Shown here piece after piece: positions 27,107 through 41,400 of a DNA stretch of 64,000 nt (positions are counted from its first letter, which is position 1; each line of letters opens with the position of its first letter). The stretch is taken from NCBI RefSeq assembly GCF_006345805.1, contig NC_043014.1, positions 53,072,001 to 53,136,000 on the forward strand, read 5' to 3'. The notes under the pieces are model-generated. The model was given only the letters and a program-made list of their open reading frames with translations, did no database searches and was not told the DNA's origin. A program made the position numbers and the translations under genes. Source of the stretch: Octopus sinensis (Eukaryota).

Positions 27107-28742
27107 TAATACGGCAACAATGACTCTCCCTAGACACAGCAGAGTATCTAAACATATTTCAAATACGAGGAACCCTCTGCAGGGCACCTCGACCTGCTAC
27201 ACATAACAACCAGATTTCTTTAAACAAGTTTTAAAATGGCGACACAAGACGCATATTTTAGACTAATGTATATTTAAGGCAACACAGGAATCCATTTTTG
27301 GTGACCTGACCCCCTAGAAAAAGCAAATAAATCTCCCTCAGCTAATAAATTGCTGTGAAAAGAAAGAAAAATTAAACGGACGGCATAGCTGTGTGGTTGA
27401 GAAGCTCGAATGGCTAGAAATAGCAACCAAGAAACAACCGTTCATAGTTTTAAGAGGACAGACTGCAGGAGAAATCTCTCGATCGCAAATCCACTTGGAT
27501 CAGAGCTGACAGCGTGGAAGGCACTTATCCTGTAGATAAGAGGGCGCAATGAGGGAGGTTTGATTGCTATATCTAGTAGGTGAGTGGCGGGGTTCGAGGG
27601 CGACCGTCTGGTTGGTTGGAGGCGAGAAGTTGTGGGGTCAAAGGTGTGTTGAGGACAGAAGGCGCAAGAGGTGTTAGCGGAATGATGGAAGGGGTAAAAC
27701 AAATGGAAAGGAAAAAAAAAGAAACGTGAAAATGTCCCATTAACAACATCAGCTCACATTCCAGAAACTATCCTAAACACATTCCATAAATTTAAAAATT
27801 CACCAAGCTGCCGTCACCGCCGCCACCCGGTCATTAACATTACTTACAGTTAACGGTTGTCATCAGCCACCACCAGAGCTGATAAATGTAGGTCGACAAG
27901 AGGACCGAAGAGAAGGACAGATAGACATGTTTTAGCTTACAGGACGAGAGGAAGGGGAGGCAGTCAGATATCACCTCCGCCGCTGCCGCCACCCGCAAAC
28001 TGTCAAGTATTGTCTATGAAAGTGAAATACAATCCCAACTGGAGATGGGCCGCCGCAGTTGATACAAGTTCAGAAAGTGAAACCTATGTAATGTAGAGGC
28101 AATCTTTCGAATTATGCACATATAATGGCGCACAACAAAATGAGAGAAGGCCAAGATATTGTCAAACTATGGAATAACCTAAAAAGATATTTTGGCGACA
28201 CGTTTTCGGTACAGCTGATTCGAAGCTGACTTATTTGACATTAGATTTTTAATCTTTCTCTCTCTCTGTTTAGGTCTATGAGCAGATTCATGTATGAGGA
28301 GAAGGGAAAGTGTTTCTATCAATTGCGTTCAATTAATAAATTGAAAAGTCTTCACCTCCCTCTGTGTATGTGGGGGGGGGGTGCGCGCACGTGTGAGCAT
28401 GTTTCCCTCCAGTGCCAAAAAGTACCATCTCCAAACCATGATGAATGTCCAGTCAGCCGCAATGCCAAATCACTAGCGTCCATTCGCATCCTCTCTTAGA
28501 ATTTTGTTTGGAAAAATGATGCCAGGTTAAAAACTCTTGCCGGAATGAAAGAATGAAATTCCAAGCCATTTTGCTATATTTTGGTTAAAATTCCATCTTT
28601 CTATTGCGTTCCTATCTAACGCCCTGCTGGCCCTGCTGTCCCGTTGCTATCCACGAAATCAGTACTGGTTTACTGTGTAATGATTGGCCAGTTTCCCTTT
28701 CACTTCACTGTCTCTTATTATATGTACATAGAACGAAAGAGC

Positions 28743-28792
28743 GTCACTGAAGCTAGCATTTGAAAAGAGTAATTCAAATGGAAATGTTTACG
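28743..28792 (+). ncRNA. Degenerate hammerhead-like motif
   Basis: CUGAAG-cuag-CAUUUGAA-(8 nt)-UUCAAAUG-GAAAU: perfect 8-bp stem II, core partly mutated. Confidence 0.4.
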
Positions 28793-29433
28793 CGAGAAGG
28801 AAAAGACTCAATGATCGTGTGGCTATGGAGTTCGATTTGCAACCACGTATTTTCCATGTTGAATACTTCTGCGGGACACGGGGAGCAAGTTTCTGCCACA
28901 ACTGTGGCTTGGCTCCTGCTTTCTGCGTGACATTCAGCAGAAGGGAAACTGTACAGAAACTCGCTGTGTGTGTGCGCGCACACACAACTGATAATCCTTA
29001 CTGAACGTCAACAGTTCAATTACTTTGAAAGAATTCCTATTTCGTTCGTTTTCACAAGCAAAGGAGAGAATGAGTCGATGTATATAACAAGCCTACATGG
29101 AGTAAGGTTCCTTTTGTAAACAACCATCGAGGTATAATGAGAGGCGGGTGTCGGAGATGGAATGAGGCGGCGACGAAGCCAGAATCGTTAGAGCATCGAA
29201 TAGAATGCGTTGTGGTATTTGACTGGGGTTTTTTACGTTTCGAATTCAAATCCTGCTGAAATCAACTTCACTTTTCTGCATTCCGGGGTCAAGAAAATAA
29301 TCCCCACTCTTCCTTCCCCTCACCTCAATCATTTACGAATCCCGATAAGGATCGTGAGGGATCACTCACAATATTCATTTCTAAAGGTAAAAATAAGAGA
29401 CGGGAACGGGCGAGGGACCCTTTCCTCATAGAA

Positions 29434-29478
29434 GAGCTGACGTTTCTGGAAATGTCCAAAGGCGGACCTTTGCAGAAG
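29434..29478 (-). ncRNA. Degenerate Penelope-type minimal hammerhead motif
   Basis: Minus strand CUGCAAA-GGUCC..GGAC..CCA-GAAAC-GUC-AG. GAAACGUC is intact, the CUGANGA box has decayed. Confidence 0.45.
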
Positions 29479-30999
29479 GCTTCGTAGAATGGTAAGAAAC
29501 GAACAAACGTTTGGTTAGGGTCAGTTTGTTAATGCAGTGGAACATAAAAAATGTTGGTTAGAAATAATTAAGTGGTGACGAAAATAGCCAAATGACTGAT
29601 GACTAATAGTTGACAGATGTGTTGAGTAATTTTATCTTTCTCAACAGGAAGTCTGCACGTTATCGTCCAAGTGACTAGAAATATGAGTCAAACCCAATTC
29701 AAACACACAGAGTGACATGAGAACCTAGTGGCCAAAATACGACCTTGAAAATAGGAACCGAAATAGCTGGAAACAGTTTTAGTGACAGACAGGACGCATT
29801 CGATTAAAGAGCTGAAACCATTTTAGAGGAATGATGCCGATCACGTAGTGAACGGGAATAGTGTCTGCGAGTGAAGAAAAAACTTGACATCCAAGAACCA
29901 AATACAAGTGTTAAACAGAGATGGATGAAGTCTGCTCTACCCCCAATGAGCTTCTAAAGTTTCCTTCAACAAAATTTAATGGACAAGGAGTTGGGCGACC
30001 AGATACACTTGCTTACTTGTGGTCCATCTGAGAGTGCTGAGGCTGCTTCTCCCAGAATCTAGAAATGGGGTCACCTGCTTGACTGGGATAATGTCAGAGA
30101 ACCTAGACAAGCTGTCTCCTCTCGGTTTATTCTACAGCGGCTTCTGCTTCCCAAAGCTGTTTGGGTTGATGGCCTCCACCGAGGAAGGCACTTATCCTGT
30201 AGATAAGAGGGCGCAATATGAGGGAGGTTTGATTGCTATATCTAGTAGGTGAGTGAGGGGGCACAACACTAATCACTCCCCACCCCCATCCCAGTCCTTC
30301 CTTTCTAAAAAGAACATCTCCCTGGAGTCCCATGCCTGCTCCTGTCTTTACCCATGAGTGCTGTCTTATAAAGGGTCAATAGAAACCTGAATGGCATCGA
30401 TCACAATGGTGTAGATGAGAGGGTGCGTGAGGTAAAGGCTATGGGCCTTGCCCCGTCCTTTACACTCAAGTAAAGACAAAAAAAAATAATGAGTTGAGTG
30501 CAACTCGTAACTGCATCGCTGTGAAACGAACTTGTGAAGCACAACTTTCTGGCTTATTGACACGGTGAAGAAGAGAGTAATGAGTAATGTGTTATTTCCG
30601 TGAGACAACTCCAAACAGGTTTTGGTCTTGGAAACCATGAAACGAATGTAGACTTCACAGCAATTTGGCCGATTGGTGATGAGAGAAATGTTGATCAGAT
30701 TTACGAACTCTATACACAGTCTGGGTGGAGTTGTTGTTGTTGTTGTTGTTCTGAGAAAAACTCAGCTGGACAGATTTAAATTAGATGACCACACAAGCAC
30801 TAACTGGGGTCGACTCATTCGACTAAAAACAAGGCGGTGCTCCAGCATGGCCACACTCAAATGACAAACAACTAAAAGGTAAAAGTCATTATAATTCGGC
30901 ATATCCTTCCCCCCCCCCTTATCAACAAACATCATAACATTTTTCCCCATTTGTAAAAATCAGCCAAGTGATGGAAACGGATTTCCAAAAAGACTTTTG

Positions 31000-31035
31000 C
31001 TGATGAGGTTTAGAAAGACCGAAACATTGCAGCAG
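31000..31035 (+). ncRNA. Minimal hammerhead core
   Basis: CUGAUGA-GGUUU-AGAA-AGACC-GAAAC-AUU-GCA: core and stem II perfect, triplet reads GCA rather than GUH. Confidence 0.55.
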
Positions 31036-33164
31036 CCCCCCCCCACAAGAGATCGCGTTTCAATTCTTTAAGACTCGAAATTTAATTTCCTGTTAAATTC
31101 GATCTTAATTTCTTGAAAATCACTCCACCCTACCCCACCCTGGATACAAACAACTACCAACTAAGAGGCAAATTTCAATTCATCCATAATTCAGTCCAGG
31201 GCCTAATCACGATGTTCCTTCCATCAGAAATTATGACTGTGGTGAGGATCATTTCGCAAAAACGTGGTTTCGGTTTCGATCCCACATTGCAGCACTTTGG
31301 GCAAAATGTCTAATGTAGGCCAGGATGGACCACTGTTATCTGAACGAACTCAGTCAACGGAAACTATGCGGAAACCTGTCGTAAATATACAAACATATGA
31401 GGGAAGGGTGCGCATGCGTGCTTATGTCACATTGCTTGATAACCAATATAGGTTTGTTTACGTCCCCGTAAAAGAATGAGAACTGAAGTCGATTTGTCCG
31501 ATTGAGAAAGTCTTCCAGGTAGTGCTACAGCATGGCCGCAGACAACGGAAACAAAAATTATTTCTATGTACAAAAACCAGTTACTTTGAGGAGAGGGACT
31601 AGTCGATAACATTGACCCCCCCCCCCCCCAATACATGACTGGTACTTTATTTTTATCGATCCCGGCAGGATGAAAGACAAAACTGACCACGACGGATTTG
31701 AACTCAGAATGCAAAAGAAGATTCCGTCCTACGCTCGAACGACAGACGGTTCGACGTCCAAAGATCGCCCCTTCGCCCCAACACCATTTCAAAGAAGCAA
31801 CAAATATTTTCTATTTCTAAAATCCTTTCCCCATCTCCACCCATCCAACAGAGATCAATCTCAGAAAAGTTAAAGAAAACTGCTTGAAGTATCGGAAACT
31901 GATTTTTAATCACCCGCTACCCCTACCCCCAGCTAAGCCATTTCCTTCTTATAAAACAGGAAATTCTGCTCTTAACACTTGGACTTGAACCAACTGTCCT
32001 CAACCAAAAGTCTCAGCTGTGATTATAAATACACGCGCGCGCGCGAGCACCACTAATACACGTATGAGAGAGAGAAAGAAGAGAAGTTAAGTCACCCCCC
32101 CCCCCTAATTTACAAACAGCAGGCGTCTCCCGTACAAAGTGCCGTTCAAACGATATTTCTATGTTTATCCTATTTAAGACACGGAAGGAGATTTGCTTTT
32201 TTTGTTGCTTTTTAAAACATTTTTATGGACAAGTAACACGGTTCTGAATGCAAACCTCCCTACCCTTTAATTACATTAGCGTCCGCTTAATTTCTCCCCC
32301 CCCCTTTTTTTTCTATTCAGCAGGAGTCCCCTGGGTATTTATTTCCAAAGAACCACCTTATTGTTCTTTGAAACTACCACGCTTCTACAAATGCATTATA
32401 TATTTCTATCACACACATACATAACAAAAAGAAAAAGATTTTTTTTTAAATCAGCCAGTGACAGACCAATGTCCCCCAGCCCTGGGGCCAGAGGGGTGAA
32501 GGATGAGAGTTCTAAACTTCACCGACAACGGAAAATTTAAGGGGAGGCTACTGACCCATTGGACTTGCTCATCATCAAAACCAGAGTTGAACATAATTAT
32601 TGTGAACAACCTTCATGTGACGAGAAACACTTTAGCATTTTAGATTTTTTTAATTTCAACGTTATCTCCTCTCCCTTTGATCAGAATTTTGCTTGTGATG
32701 AAAATGAGGGCGAGATACGGAGGGAGGGAAATATTTGGTTCTTTTAAAAAAGAAAAAGTTGATTTGACATGGCTGCTCCAAGCCAAAAGTGTTACCTCTG
32801 GATGAACATTGAACCTGCTAGAAATATCAGCCATACCATCCTCGCTGTTTAAAAAAAGTGGTGGATGAGACAGGGCAAGGTTGGAATGTCATATCACAGG
32901 TTTGTTTGGTGTTAAACCTACTAAGGATGACATCTAGTTCCACTCCTTCGTGACTGAAGTGTTTATCAGAGTTAAGGGGAAAGAGACATTCCAGCTGGAC
33001 AAATATTTGCTTTAGAAATTTATATAAACATATTGTCATTTAGATAATAACATTCAGACAAATACATAACCGAAACACCAAGACATGCGAATGTATAGGA
33101 CATGCAGAACTACTCGCCACTGCGCACATCCTGCGTAAAGCACATTCAATACAGTGAAAATAAC

Positions 33165-33662
33165 ATTCGGCGGAATTTGAACTCAGAACGTAACGACAGA
33201 TGAAATACCTATTTCTTTAATACCCACAAGGGGCTAAACACAGAGAGGGCAAACAAGGACAAAGGGATTAAGTCGATTATATCGACCCCAGTGCGTAACT
33301 GGTACTTATTTAATTGACCCCGAAAGGATGAGAGGCAAAGTCGACCTCGGCGGAATTTGAACTCAGAACGTAACGGCAGACGAAATACGGCTACGCATTT
33401 CGCCAGGGGCGCTAACGTTTCTGTCAGATCGCCGCCTTAATAACAATCCTTTCTACTTAAGGCGCAAGGTCTGAAATTTTGGGGGAGAGAACTAGTCGAT
33501 TACATCGACCCCAATATCCAACTGGTACTCTTTTTATCGACCCCCGAAAAGATGAAAGGCCAAGTCAACCTCGACGGTATTTGAACTCAGAACATGTAAG
33601 TGGAAAAAATGCCGCTAAGCATTTTACCCGCGTGCTAACGATTCCGCCAACTCGCCGCCTTA
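33165..33662 (-). mobile_element. Cluster of family A SINEs (two near-full copies plus a fragment)
   Basis: TTTGAACTCAGAAC occurs three times, near 33178, 33357 and 33582. Confidence 0.85.
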
Positions 33663-33683
33663 ATAATAATAATAATAATAATA

Positions 33684-34743
33684 AACAAAGAACTACATCT
33701 CAAATGCGATACTGACAGACTGCATGTGCCTAGAAAGAGGGGACGATGAAGATCTGTGTTGTCAAACAGCCGAGTGGAATCTCGTCTGCCGCTGTCAGAA
33801 TTAACAATACAATTCCTACCGAAAATGTGATGTATTTAAGAAACAGTTAAGAAACAAAATGAAGAATAAACAGCTGGAAAATGAAACTACGTTATGGGCA
33901 AAATAGCTCAGAGAAATCGAAGGAGAGACAAGACCAACACTTGGAGATGGCTAAGAAAAAGTGATCTGAAAGGATGCAGTGAGGCATTGATATGGAGGGG
34001 CCAGGAAGAAGCTCTGAGAACTAATTACACCAAGTTCCAAATGGATAAGAGTAACGAATCGCTCCTTTGTAGGATGTGTGGCAGCAGAAACGAAACAATC
34101 TCACATGTTGTGAGTGAGTGTAGCAAACTGACTCAAAAGCACTACAAAAGGAAACACGATAACACGGCTAAGTAGGTCCAGTGGAGGCTATGTGAAAAGG
34201 ATGGCCTGAACAGAGCACGGAAATGGCACGAAGGAGTCACTGGGAACAAGGAACATAAGATGCTGTGGGATTTTATAATACAATGCGACTCCCTAATTGA
34301 GGCTCGGAAACCAGATATTGCTGTGGTAGATAAAGGGAGAAAAATGAAACCAAGATCATGGATATTACAATACCTGGAGATGCACGCATAAGAGACAAAG
34401 AAATAGAAAAGATTGAAAAGTAGAGACTAGTAAAAGACGAAATTGCAAGAATGTAGACTATGAGGAGAGTGTCAGTCGTTCGAGCAGTTGAAAGGACACC
34501 TGGAGCACCAAGAACCAAGTTTGAGAAATATGTCAGAGATATCGGAATTGATATGAGAGCAGAGCAAGCCCCCAAAACTGCTCTGCAGGGGACAGCTAGG
34601 ACTTTGAGATTGGTGCTTGGATGATGAATGTCTCCCACGATAATTAACAACCAAGCTTATAATGTGCGGAAAGAGAACCTGTGAGACCTCTGATAGCAGA
34701 ATCTACCAGAACAACCAAGACCGAATGTTCTGAGAAGTAAAAC
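33684..34743 (+). mobile_element. 5'-truncated R4/Dong-like non-LTR retrotransposon (RLE type), inactivated
   Basis: LHLKCDTDRLHVPRKRG; WLRKSDLK..SEALI..QEEALRT; CCHC finger CRMCGSRNETISHVVSEC..KRKHD; LWDFIIQCD..ARKPDI..DITIPGD..KEIEK (PD-(D/E)xK). Stops and frameshifts present, (TAA)n on both sides. Confidence 0.9.
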
Positions 34744-36100
34744 AATAATAATAATCTTTTAATAATAATCGATGCCAGTATTTTTTAAAAATTAGTTTGC
34801 ACAGCGTAACTTTCCAAAAGCCAAGTGGATGAGGGATTGGACAAGTTGACTAATATTTACGAATGTGTTCGAGGACGAGCAAACCACGACTTTTTCCTGT
34901 TCATTTAAGTTTATTTAAACCTTAAATATTAATGAGGGTAGAAGTATAAGTCTAATTGGAACGAAGATCAGCATCTATGGCGTTTGATAGAAGAAAGACT
35001 TGTGGAGTCACTCTCAGACCGGTGACATGAACCCGAATGCAGGCAACAGGCGACGGTCCAATTGTCCTACGAAAACGGGGACGAACTGTTGAAGGGATTC
35101 GGTCGTTTGCGTCGTTCACCAAATTTCACCCGCTGAGGGTTTAGCTGTAACAAGTGCCGTGCAATGGAACCGAAACCAAAGTCACCTGGTAAGCTTAACC
35201 ACACTACAATGCCTGTGCTTACACTGCAGTCGCGAGGGCGTGTGGCTGTACAGATTACATCTTAATTCAATTAACTCTTTAACGAGACTAAAATATCTAC
35301 ACACAATACGAAGGGAAGAATTAACAAAAACACCATTTTCCCCCTTCGTAGGGTCATCACTACATTTCAGGCCATAAGAAAACTGCTGACCAGTTTTTTC
35401 TCCGACACCAAAATTTGTTTATGTAAAGAGAAAGTCCAACTGGTATCGAACTGTGGTGTTTTAACGGTCGTCCGATAAAGGAATACACCCGTGGAGATTG
35501 ATTTTAATTTAAATGTTATTAATAAAACTCTCAATGTGAGAAGCATTGGGGCCTATTTCAAGCACGGATATAATAAACGGTGCTGTAGCACAATGTCTCA
35601 TCCACTTTGTTTTTTCGGGTGGTGTAGATTAAGTTAATTCGGCTGCTATTTCTAGCAAATCGAAAGATCACCCAAAGCTTTCGTTTTTGTTGTATATGAG
35701 CTTTGTAACTTCCGGTATGTCCGCAAAGGAAGTTCGAACCTGATTAAAATTACATAACTTTAAATGCTTGAAACTTCCTTAGTTTCAGAATGAAAAAAAT
35801 GGGACTTTCGTGATCAACTTTCAAAGCTACATCAGTGTAAAAAAATATGGGGGGAAAAAATCTGAAAATTTGGAATCAAATGGTCTGAAGAAATTTAAGA
35901 TCCAAACTGAAAAAGTTTCAAGAGAAACCCACGACCACCACCGCAAATTTTTTTTTTTTTTTTTTTTTACAGAAGCTTAATCTACAGTCGTTAAAAGATG
36001 AACATCGGAAGAAATGAGTTTTGGAAGCAGAAGATAACTCTTGAAATGGTTTAATGAGAATTAACTCAATAGTAAATAAAACACACACACACACACACAC

Positions 36101-36134
<34 letters not shown>

Positions 36135-36164
36135 ACACGGGAACAGGAATTATGTAATGACCTT

Positions 36165-36235
36165 CATTAGCTTACAGCTGTTTCTGCTACCAGGTGCAGT
36201 GCACTAAAAGCTGAGTGCTTCTGCACCACCTTATG
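36165..36235 (-). ncRNA. Hammerhead remnant with extended stem II
   Basis: Minus strand GGUGCAG..GCACU..AGUGC.CUGCACC hairpin, then GAAAC-AGCU-GUA (same 3' half as 15919-15930). CUGAUGA is not recognisable. Confidence 0.5.
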
Positions 36236-36998
36236 GCTTCCTGTGCTTCTGTAATGAAGTGCATTTCCAGCCATGCCTACTACACCCATTAGTATATTTC
36301 AGTCATTAATACAATGGTACAATGGTAACCCAGTTTGTTGAGTTGCTTTAGAAGTGGTGGGAGGAGGAGGAGACGTCCTTGTTAAACACAAAAAACGGAG
36401 AGGAGGGGGGAGAGAGTGTAGTCTCTCAACCTGTAAAGATAGTAGACACTTGCACTCAAACCACACCCTTAAACAAGCTTGCTCCCCCCCCCACGCCTGA
36501 AATGCCTTCAATGAAGTCTGCTGAATCAGGTTAAACAAACAATGGCTGACAAACAAACAACTTCCATTGAATCTACCCTTAAGGACCTGGGATTGAAAAG
36601 AGACCCCATTTACCAGCAAATATCAGTTGACATGTTACCCTTTACTTGTGTCACTCATGGCACTGCAGCCCTTCTGGGGCAACGCCTTGAGTGTATAATC
36701 AAACAAATCAATCCTAGTACTTATTCTATCAGTCTCTTTAACCAAATCCCTAGGGGTACGTAAATAACCCAACACCGGGTTTTCAAGTGGCGGGGTGGGG
36801 ACAAAGAAGCACACAATAGGCCTAAGGATATAGTAGGAGATACTTGCCCAAGGTACTGCACAGTAAGACTGAACTTGAGACCACATTCATGTTGTTCAAG
36901 TCTGACAGATGTCATGTGATTTGAGGGGAGAAATAATCATAAGCATTCCAATATGACCATCCTGTCTGATAGGATATTTTTCTATGTATCTTTTAGAC

Positions 36999-37354
36999 CA
37001 GTGCTTCTCAACTGAGGCCCATATGGCCTATGAGGGTCCAGATAACATTCGGGGTGGGGTAGGGGTGGGGGAGAAATCCACACAACTAACAAATTGGGGA
37101 TCCACAATAGTATTTTAAGGGCCCCTAAAAACATTTTGTTTTAGATGTATAGACTGGTATCGCAAGAAACAGCTGGGTTTCTTTAACATTTTGCATAATT
37201 CAACCGACACAAGTTGATGTCAGAAAAACAGAATAGGAATTTCGAAAAAAGTATAAAACTAGTTTTTAAACGTTGAATGGTCATGGCTGTCCACCAGAAT
37301 AAAACAGTAATTAAAGGGGGTCTACAGATAATAAAAAATGCTTGATAACTCTTG
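36999..37354. mobile_element. hAT (Charlie-like) MITE
   Basis: Termini CAGTGCTTCTCAAC...TTGATAACTCTTG, 8-bp TSD TTTTAGAC / GTTTAGAC. It interrupts a copy of the 200-bp repeat. Confidence 0.85.
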
Positions 37355-37880
37355 GTTTAGACGATGGACTTCAATTTGATTGAAATTTTAACTGCTATTT
37401 CTAACAAGGCAATTGAAAGGGTCCCTTCTTTATTAGCTTTATGAATAATGATTAATGATGGCATCTTTTAAAATAGATCAGGTAACTCCACAGTCAAGAT
37501 TTGTCTCTTGAAATGAAGGACTATATTTGTAACAAGTATCAAAATTTGACCTCAGGGTTGCTGTGACCCCAGAGGATTCTAGACCATGAAAGAAGTTCCA
37601 CTCATATTTATATCATTCTCCCAGCAGAGTCACACATTATGTGTTGGCGCCACCTTTGAGAGGAATCGTAAAATGGTTGGATACAATCATAAAAACAAAC
37701 ATCATTTGTTTATTATATTTACTTTCAAACAAAGAATTGGTTATATAAATATTATTTACTTAATCTGAGTACTATTGAAAATTAGTTGCTTGTGATTATA
37801 CTCCCATAATTAGTCCAGCAGACCCTTGAAGATGTGAAAACTCATATATATATAGTTGAGAGAGAGAGAGAGAGAGAGAG

Positions 37881-37946
<66 letters not shown>

Positions 37947-38914
37947 CGTGCACACCTTGCAAATAATCCCCTTTGCAATTAATTCTACAGCAACACAATG
38001 CTTTGATTTTTAATTCTAAATCATTTCGTACAAATTATTAACACCTCAAGAAAGGAACACTTCTCTCTTAGAGAGAGAGAGAGAGAGACAGAAGAATAAA
38101 AATGAAGGCACAGCCCCAGCTGTGACTTTCCTTTGCATTCAAGGAATTAGAAAACTTGTGGAAAGTTGCTGACAATCTTGCTGCTTTGCTTTCCAACTCA
38201 TCAATAATTCCACTCTCTCTTCCTTTTTTGAGCTGAAATACTGAGTGAGGAGAAAGGAAAAGAGAAACAGCAAATCTAAGATTTGGAACTAAAGGATTAT
38301 CAACCCGGATTTAAACAGGTATTGAATCTTGATTTAAGCCCAGAATAAAGCAAGCATTCTCAAAGGAGAAAGAAAGGATTATTGGGGCAAAAATATTTAA
38401 AGCATCCTCATCTTCCAGTTGGTGTTTCTACAAATTATCGTTTAGTTCTAAACAATCATTTCCAATTGATAATCAGCAGTGTTTCAACCACAACCATTCC
38501 TGTTTGGTTTTTATATTAACCTGTCTTTCCTTTAGCATGGTAATCAATAGTTTAAAAGGAATCCTGCTATTTCTAGCAAGCCAAATAAGCCCCTAAAAAA
38601 AGCTGTTATTTCTAGCAAGCCAAATGAGGCCCTAAAAAAAGCTTCTTGTTGGATCATGTTTCTACAACTTCATACAAAATGGTGTACTTATGAACGTGAG
38701 AAATTTGTCTGCTCAAAAATAGAAGTAATTGTTGTTGAAAGAATAATGACCATGGGAACAGGGACGGACAAGCAACAATAACGATTTCATTCTATCAAAG
38801 TCATGCTTCAGCCTAAAGTTCACATAGAAACATGTTCGCAGTTCCGGGTTTCATGACACTGTCACACTCGGCCACGTTTCATCCTTTCTGGGGCCCCAAA
38901 AAGCAGGAGTTATC

Positions 38915-39022
38915 TAGAACGGAGTATTTCCCCACAAAATGAAATTATTAAGGAATGAAAGCAACCAAAAAGAATATCAATGAAATCCTATAAAACGGTT
39001 AATGTGGCATCGTCAGAATTAA
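38915..39022 (-). ncRNA. Hammerhead-like motif with long stem II loop
   Basis: Minus strand CUGACGA-UG-CCACA-(~70 nt)-UGUGG-G-GAAAU-ACUCC-GUU. Confidence 0.45.
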
Positions 39023-39129
39023 CCAAGATCCATCACATATCGTTCACTGGTTTCAGCCAGAGGCTGGGGCCATGCTGGAGTACTGCCTTTCAGCGTGTTT
39101 AGGTTTCTTTTCTCTACTGTTTTTGGTGC

Positions 39130-39365
39130 AAGAGCAAGTTGAGTGAAGCTGCTGTTCTTTGGGCCCCTTATTTTCATGAGGTTTCATTTGATATTTCAGA
39201 TAAGAATTTCCCCAGATGCTCTTTGAAGACCTCGGCATCTACACCTTGCAAATCTCTGAGGTTGTTTGGCAGAATACGGGATAGTTGAGGACCCTTGAAA
39301 ACCAAGCTGTTACAGTACTGGGTTCTTAAGAATGGCAAAATTAACCACCTAAAGTGTATCAAATG
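39130..39365 (-). mobile_element. LINE ORF2 C-terminal remnant (CR1/Jockey-group-like)
   Basis: RTQYCNSLVFKGPQLSRILPNNLRDLQGVDAEVFKEHLGKFL matches the G..L.N.LP......FK..L..FL tail motif. Confidence 0.7.
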
Positions 39366-40291
39366 TTAACAGGATAGAGAACCATCAACAGCAGACATAT
39401 TAAAAGATGACATCGTTCACCCTTTTTTGCAGTCTAGCCTAGGGAACGGTGATTGGCTGTATGACGTTGTCTACTAATACCAAAAGATTTCTGACTTTTC
39501 TGTAAAATTTTAACCTTTCTGTAATCACATTCAACTTTTTGCCCTCAAAAAAACTTTGACCTAGAAAAAAAAAATCTACTTTGGGGCCCTGAAATCGAAC
39601 CAGTATCCTTTGGAAAATGTATTAACCTTCCAGTTGACTAAGGTCTTCAGAAAAATTTAGGAAACTACGGAAGCCCGTCCTATGTGTATCGGTGCCAGTT
39701 AAAATACTCCCACCCCGCTCGAATTTATAATCTGTAAAAGAAGTAAATCTGAAACAGGAGAGATTTCAAGTAAATGGAAACAAGAATGTATTAAAAGCTG
39801 AAAGGGTAAGGCGAAATTTGGGGCTGGCTGTGCTGTGAATTTCCAGACCTCTTGGCAAGTGTACAGGTTGGAGAAGGGGTGCAAAATGCCAAAATTTTCT
39901 CATGAGACACAGGTCGGCCCAGGGTTATAGTAGATGACACCCAAAGCGCCGCGCAGTGGGATTGAACCCAAACTACGTAGTTATAAAGTGAGCTTCTTAA
40001 CTCTACAGCCAGTGTCTGTACACGCTTGTATTAACATGACACACTTTACTGTTGTTATATTTAGCATAAAAAACGGCGAAAGGAGACGAAAGAAATGTTC
40101 TTTATTCTATGTTAAGAGAAAGTGAAGCGAGTTTTTATAGAATGGGAGGAGAATTCTCACGCTGTTCATGTAACTTAATTTGTTATGTACTGGGACAATC
40201 TACGACAAACAGACAAACCCTCGCCAGTAACCTCGTTTGTCACAACACTTCAACACCCACGAAAGCATGTTTGTAATTATATATTATATTA

Positions 40292-40342
<51 letters not shown>

Positions 40343-40959
40343 CATATATACATATATATACACACACACACATGTATATATACATGTATATAGGTCGAAT
40401 GGTATAATACATATATAGTCAAGGCAAGAAGCCTGCAAGTGGTCGACCAACCTGTTAGCAACAGCAGCCATCTCTCGTTAATTCACCATACCGTCTAATG
40501 TAAGACACTGGAAAATATATTTCTACATCAATTCTTATAACCTAGAGGAACCGCCACCCATCAGGGGTAAAATATTGAGATTCTACTGGACCAATTTATT
40601 TTGCTAAATTTAGTTTTCTTCCATTAATATAAAGTTTATTGCAGTTCTTCAATATTTTTCGTTGTAGACAAGATTGTCTGTGTGAAACGGGGAGGATAAA
40701 CTGGTAAAGGAGAAGTAGAGCAAAAGAAAAAGACTAAGAGACACTGTTGTAGATATAGGGTAAGTTTTCATTTCGCTGGCACCAACCAAATACAATCAGA
40801 AGTGTCTTGAGGGTAAACTATAACAGACAGACATGATGTTGCAACTCCAGAAAAGCGACATCAAACTGCATTGGAAATCCTGGAACTGAAACGATACACA
40901 ACATTATCGATCCAACGTGTGTCTGTTAGAATTGTTAATCGGAAGTTAAGTGACTAAAA

Positions 40960-41400
40960 AGGCCGAGAGAGTTTCATTCATGGCACTCATCAAACTCTAC
41001 GTCTTTCAGTAATGGGGCAATTTCTACCAATTAAATATATATATTACTCATATACCAATTATTTCTGTTCAACCAACACAACGTATATAAACACATGCCT
41101 ACATATATAACATACACAAACATTATATATATATATATAAAGGTTTGCAGGGCACCATCATGCCCCAAGAGATACGTTCGTGTCCATAGAACATGATCAA
41201 TGCTTTATTTTATTGAACTCTCATTTATTGTCCACAAGAGAATCCATCATACATATAAATGCCCGCACAATTCATTCTGTTCAGACAAGATATAGTTTCT
41301 TCTCTCGCACTCCATTCTCATAAAAGCTTTCTTCTACAAAGAACGAAAGATCCGTTCTTCTTGGCCAACAATCTATTTTATCAATATATAAAGAAAGGTT
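40960..41400 (-). mobile_element. Decayed Penelope-like 3' end followed by a hammerhead remnant
   Basis: Broken LC.EEK.F...LNR.NEL-like coding at 41350-41250, then UUGAUGA-GUGCCAUGAAU-GAAAC at 40993-40971 on the same strand. Confidence 0.4.

Noticed and set aside
38566-38642. ~37-bp tandem duplication
   Set aside because: Ordinary slippage inside a common repeat.
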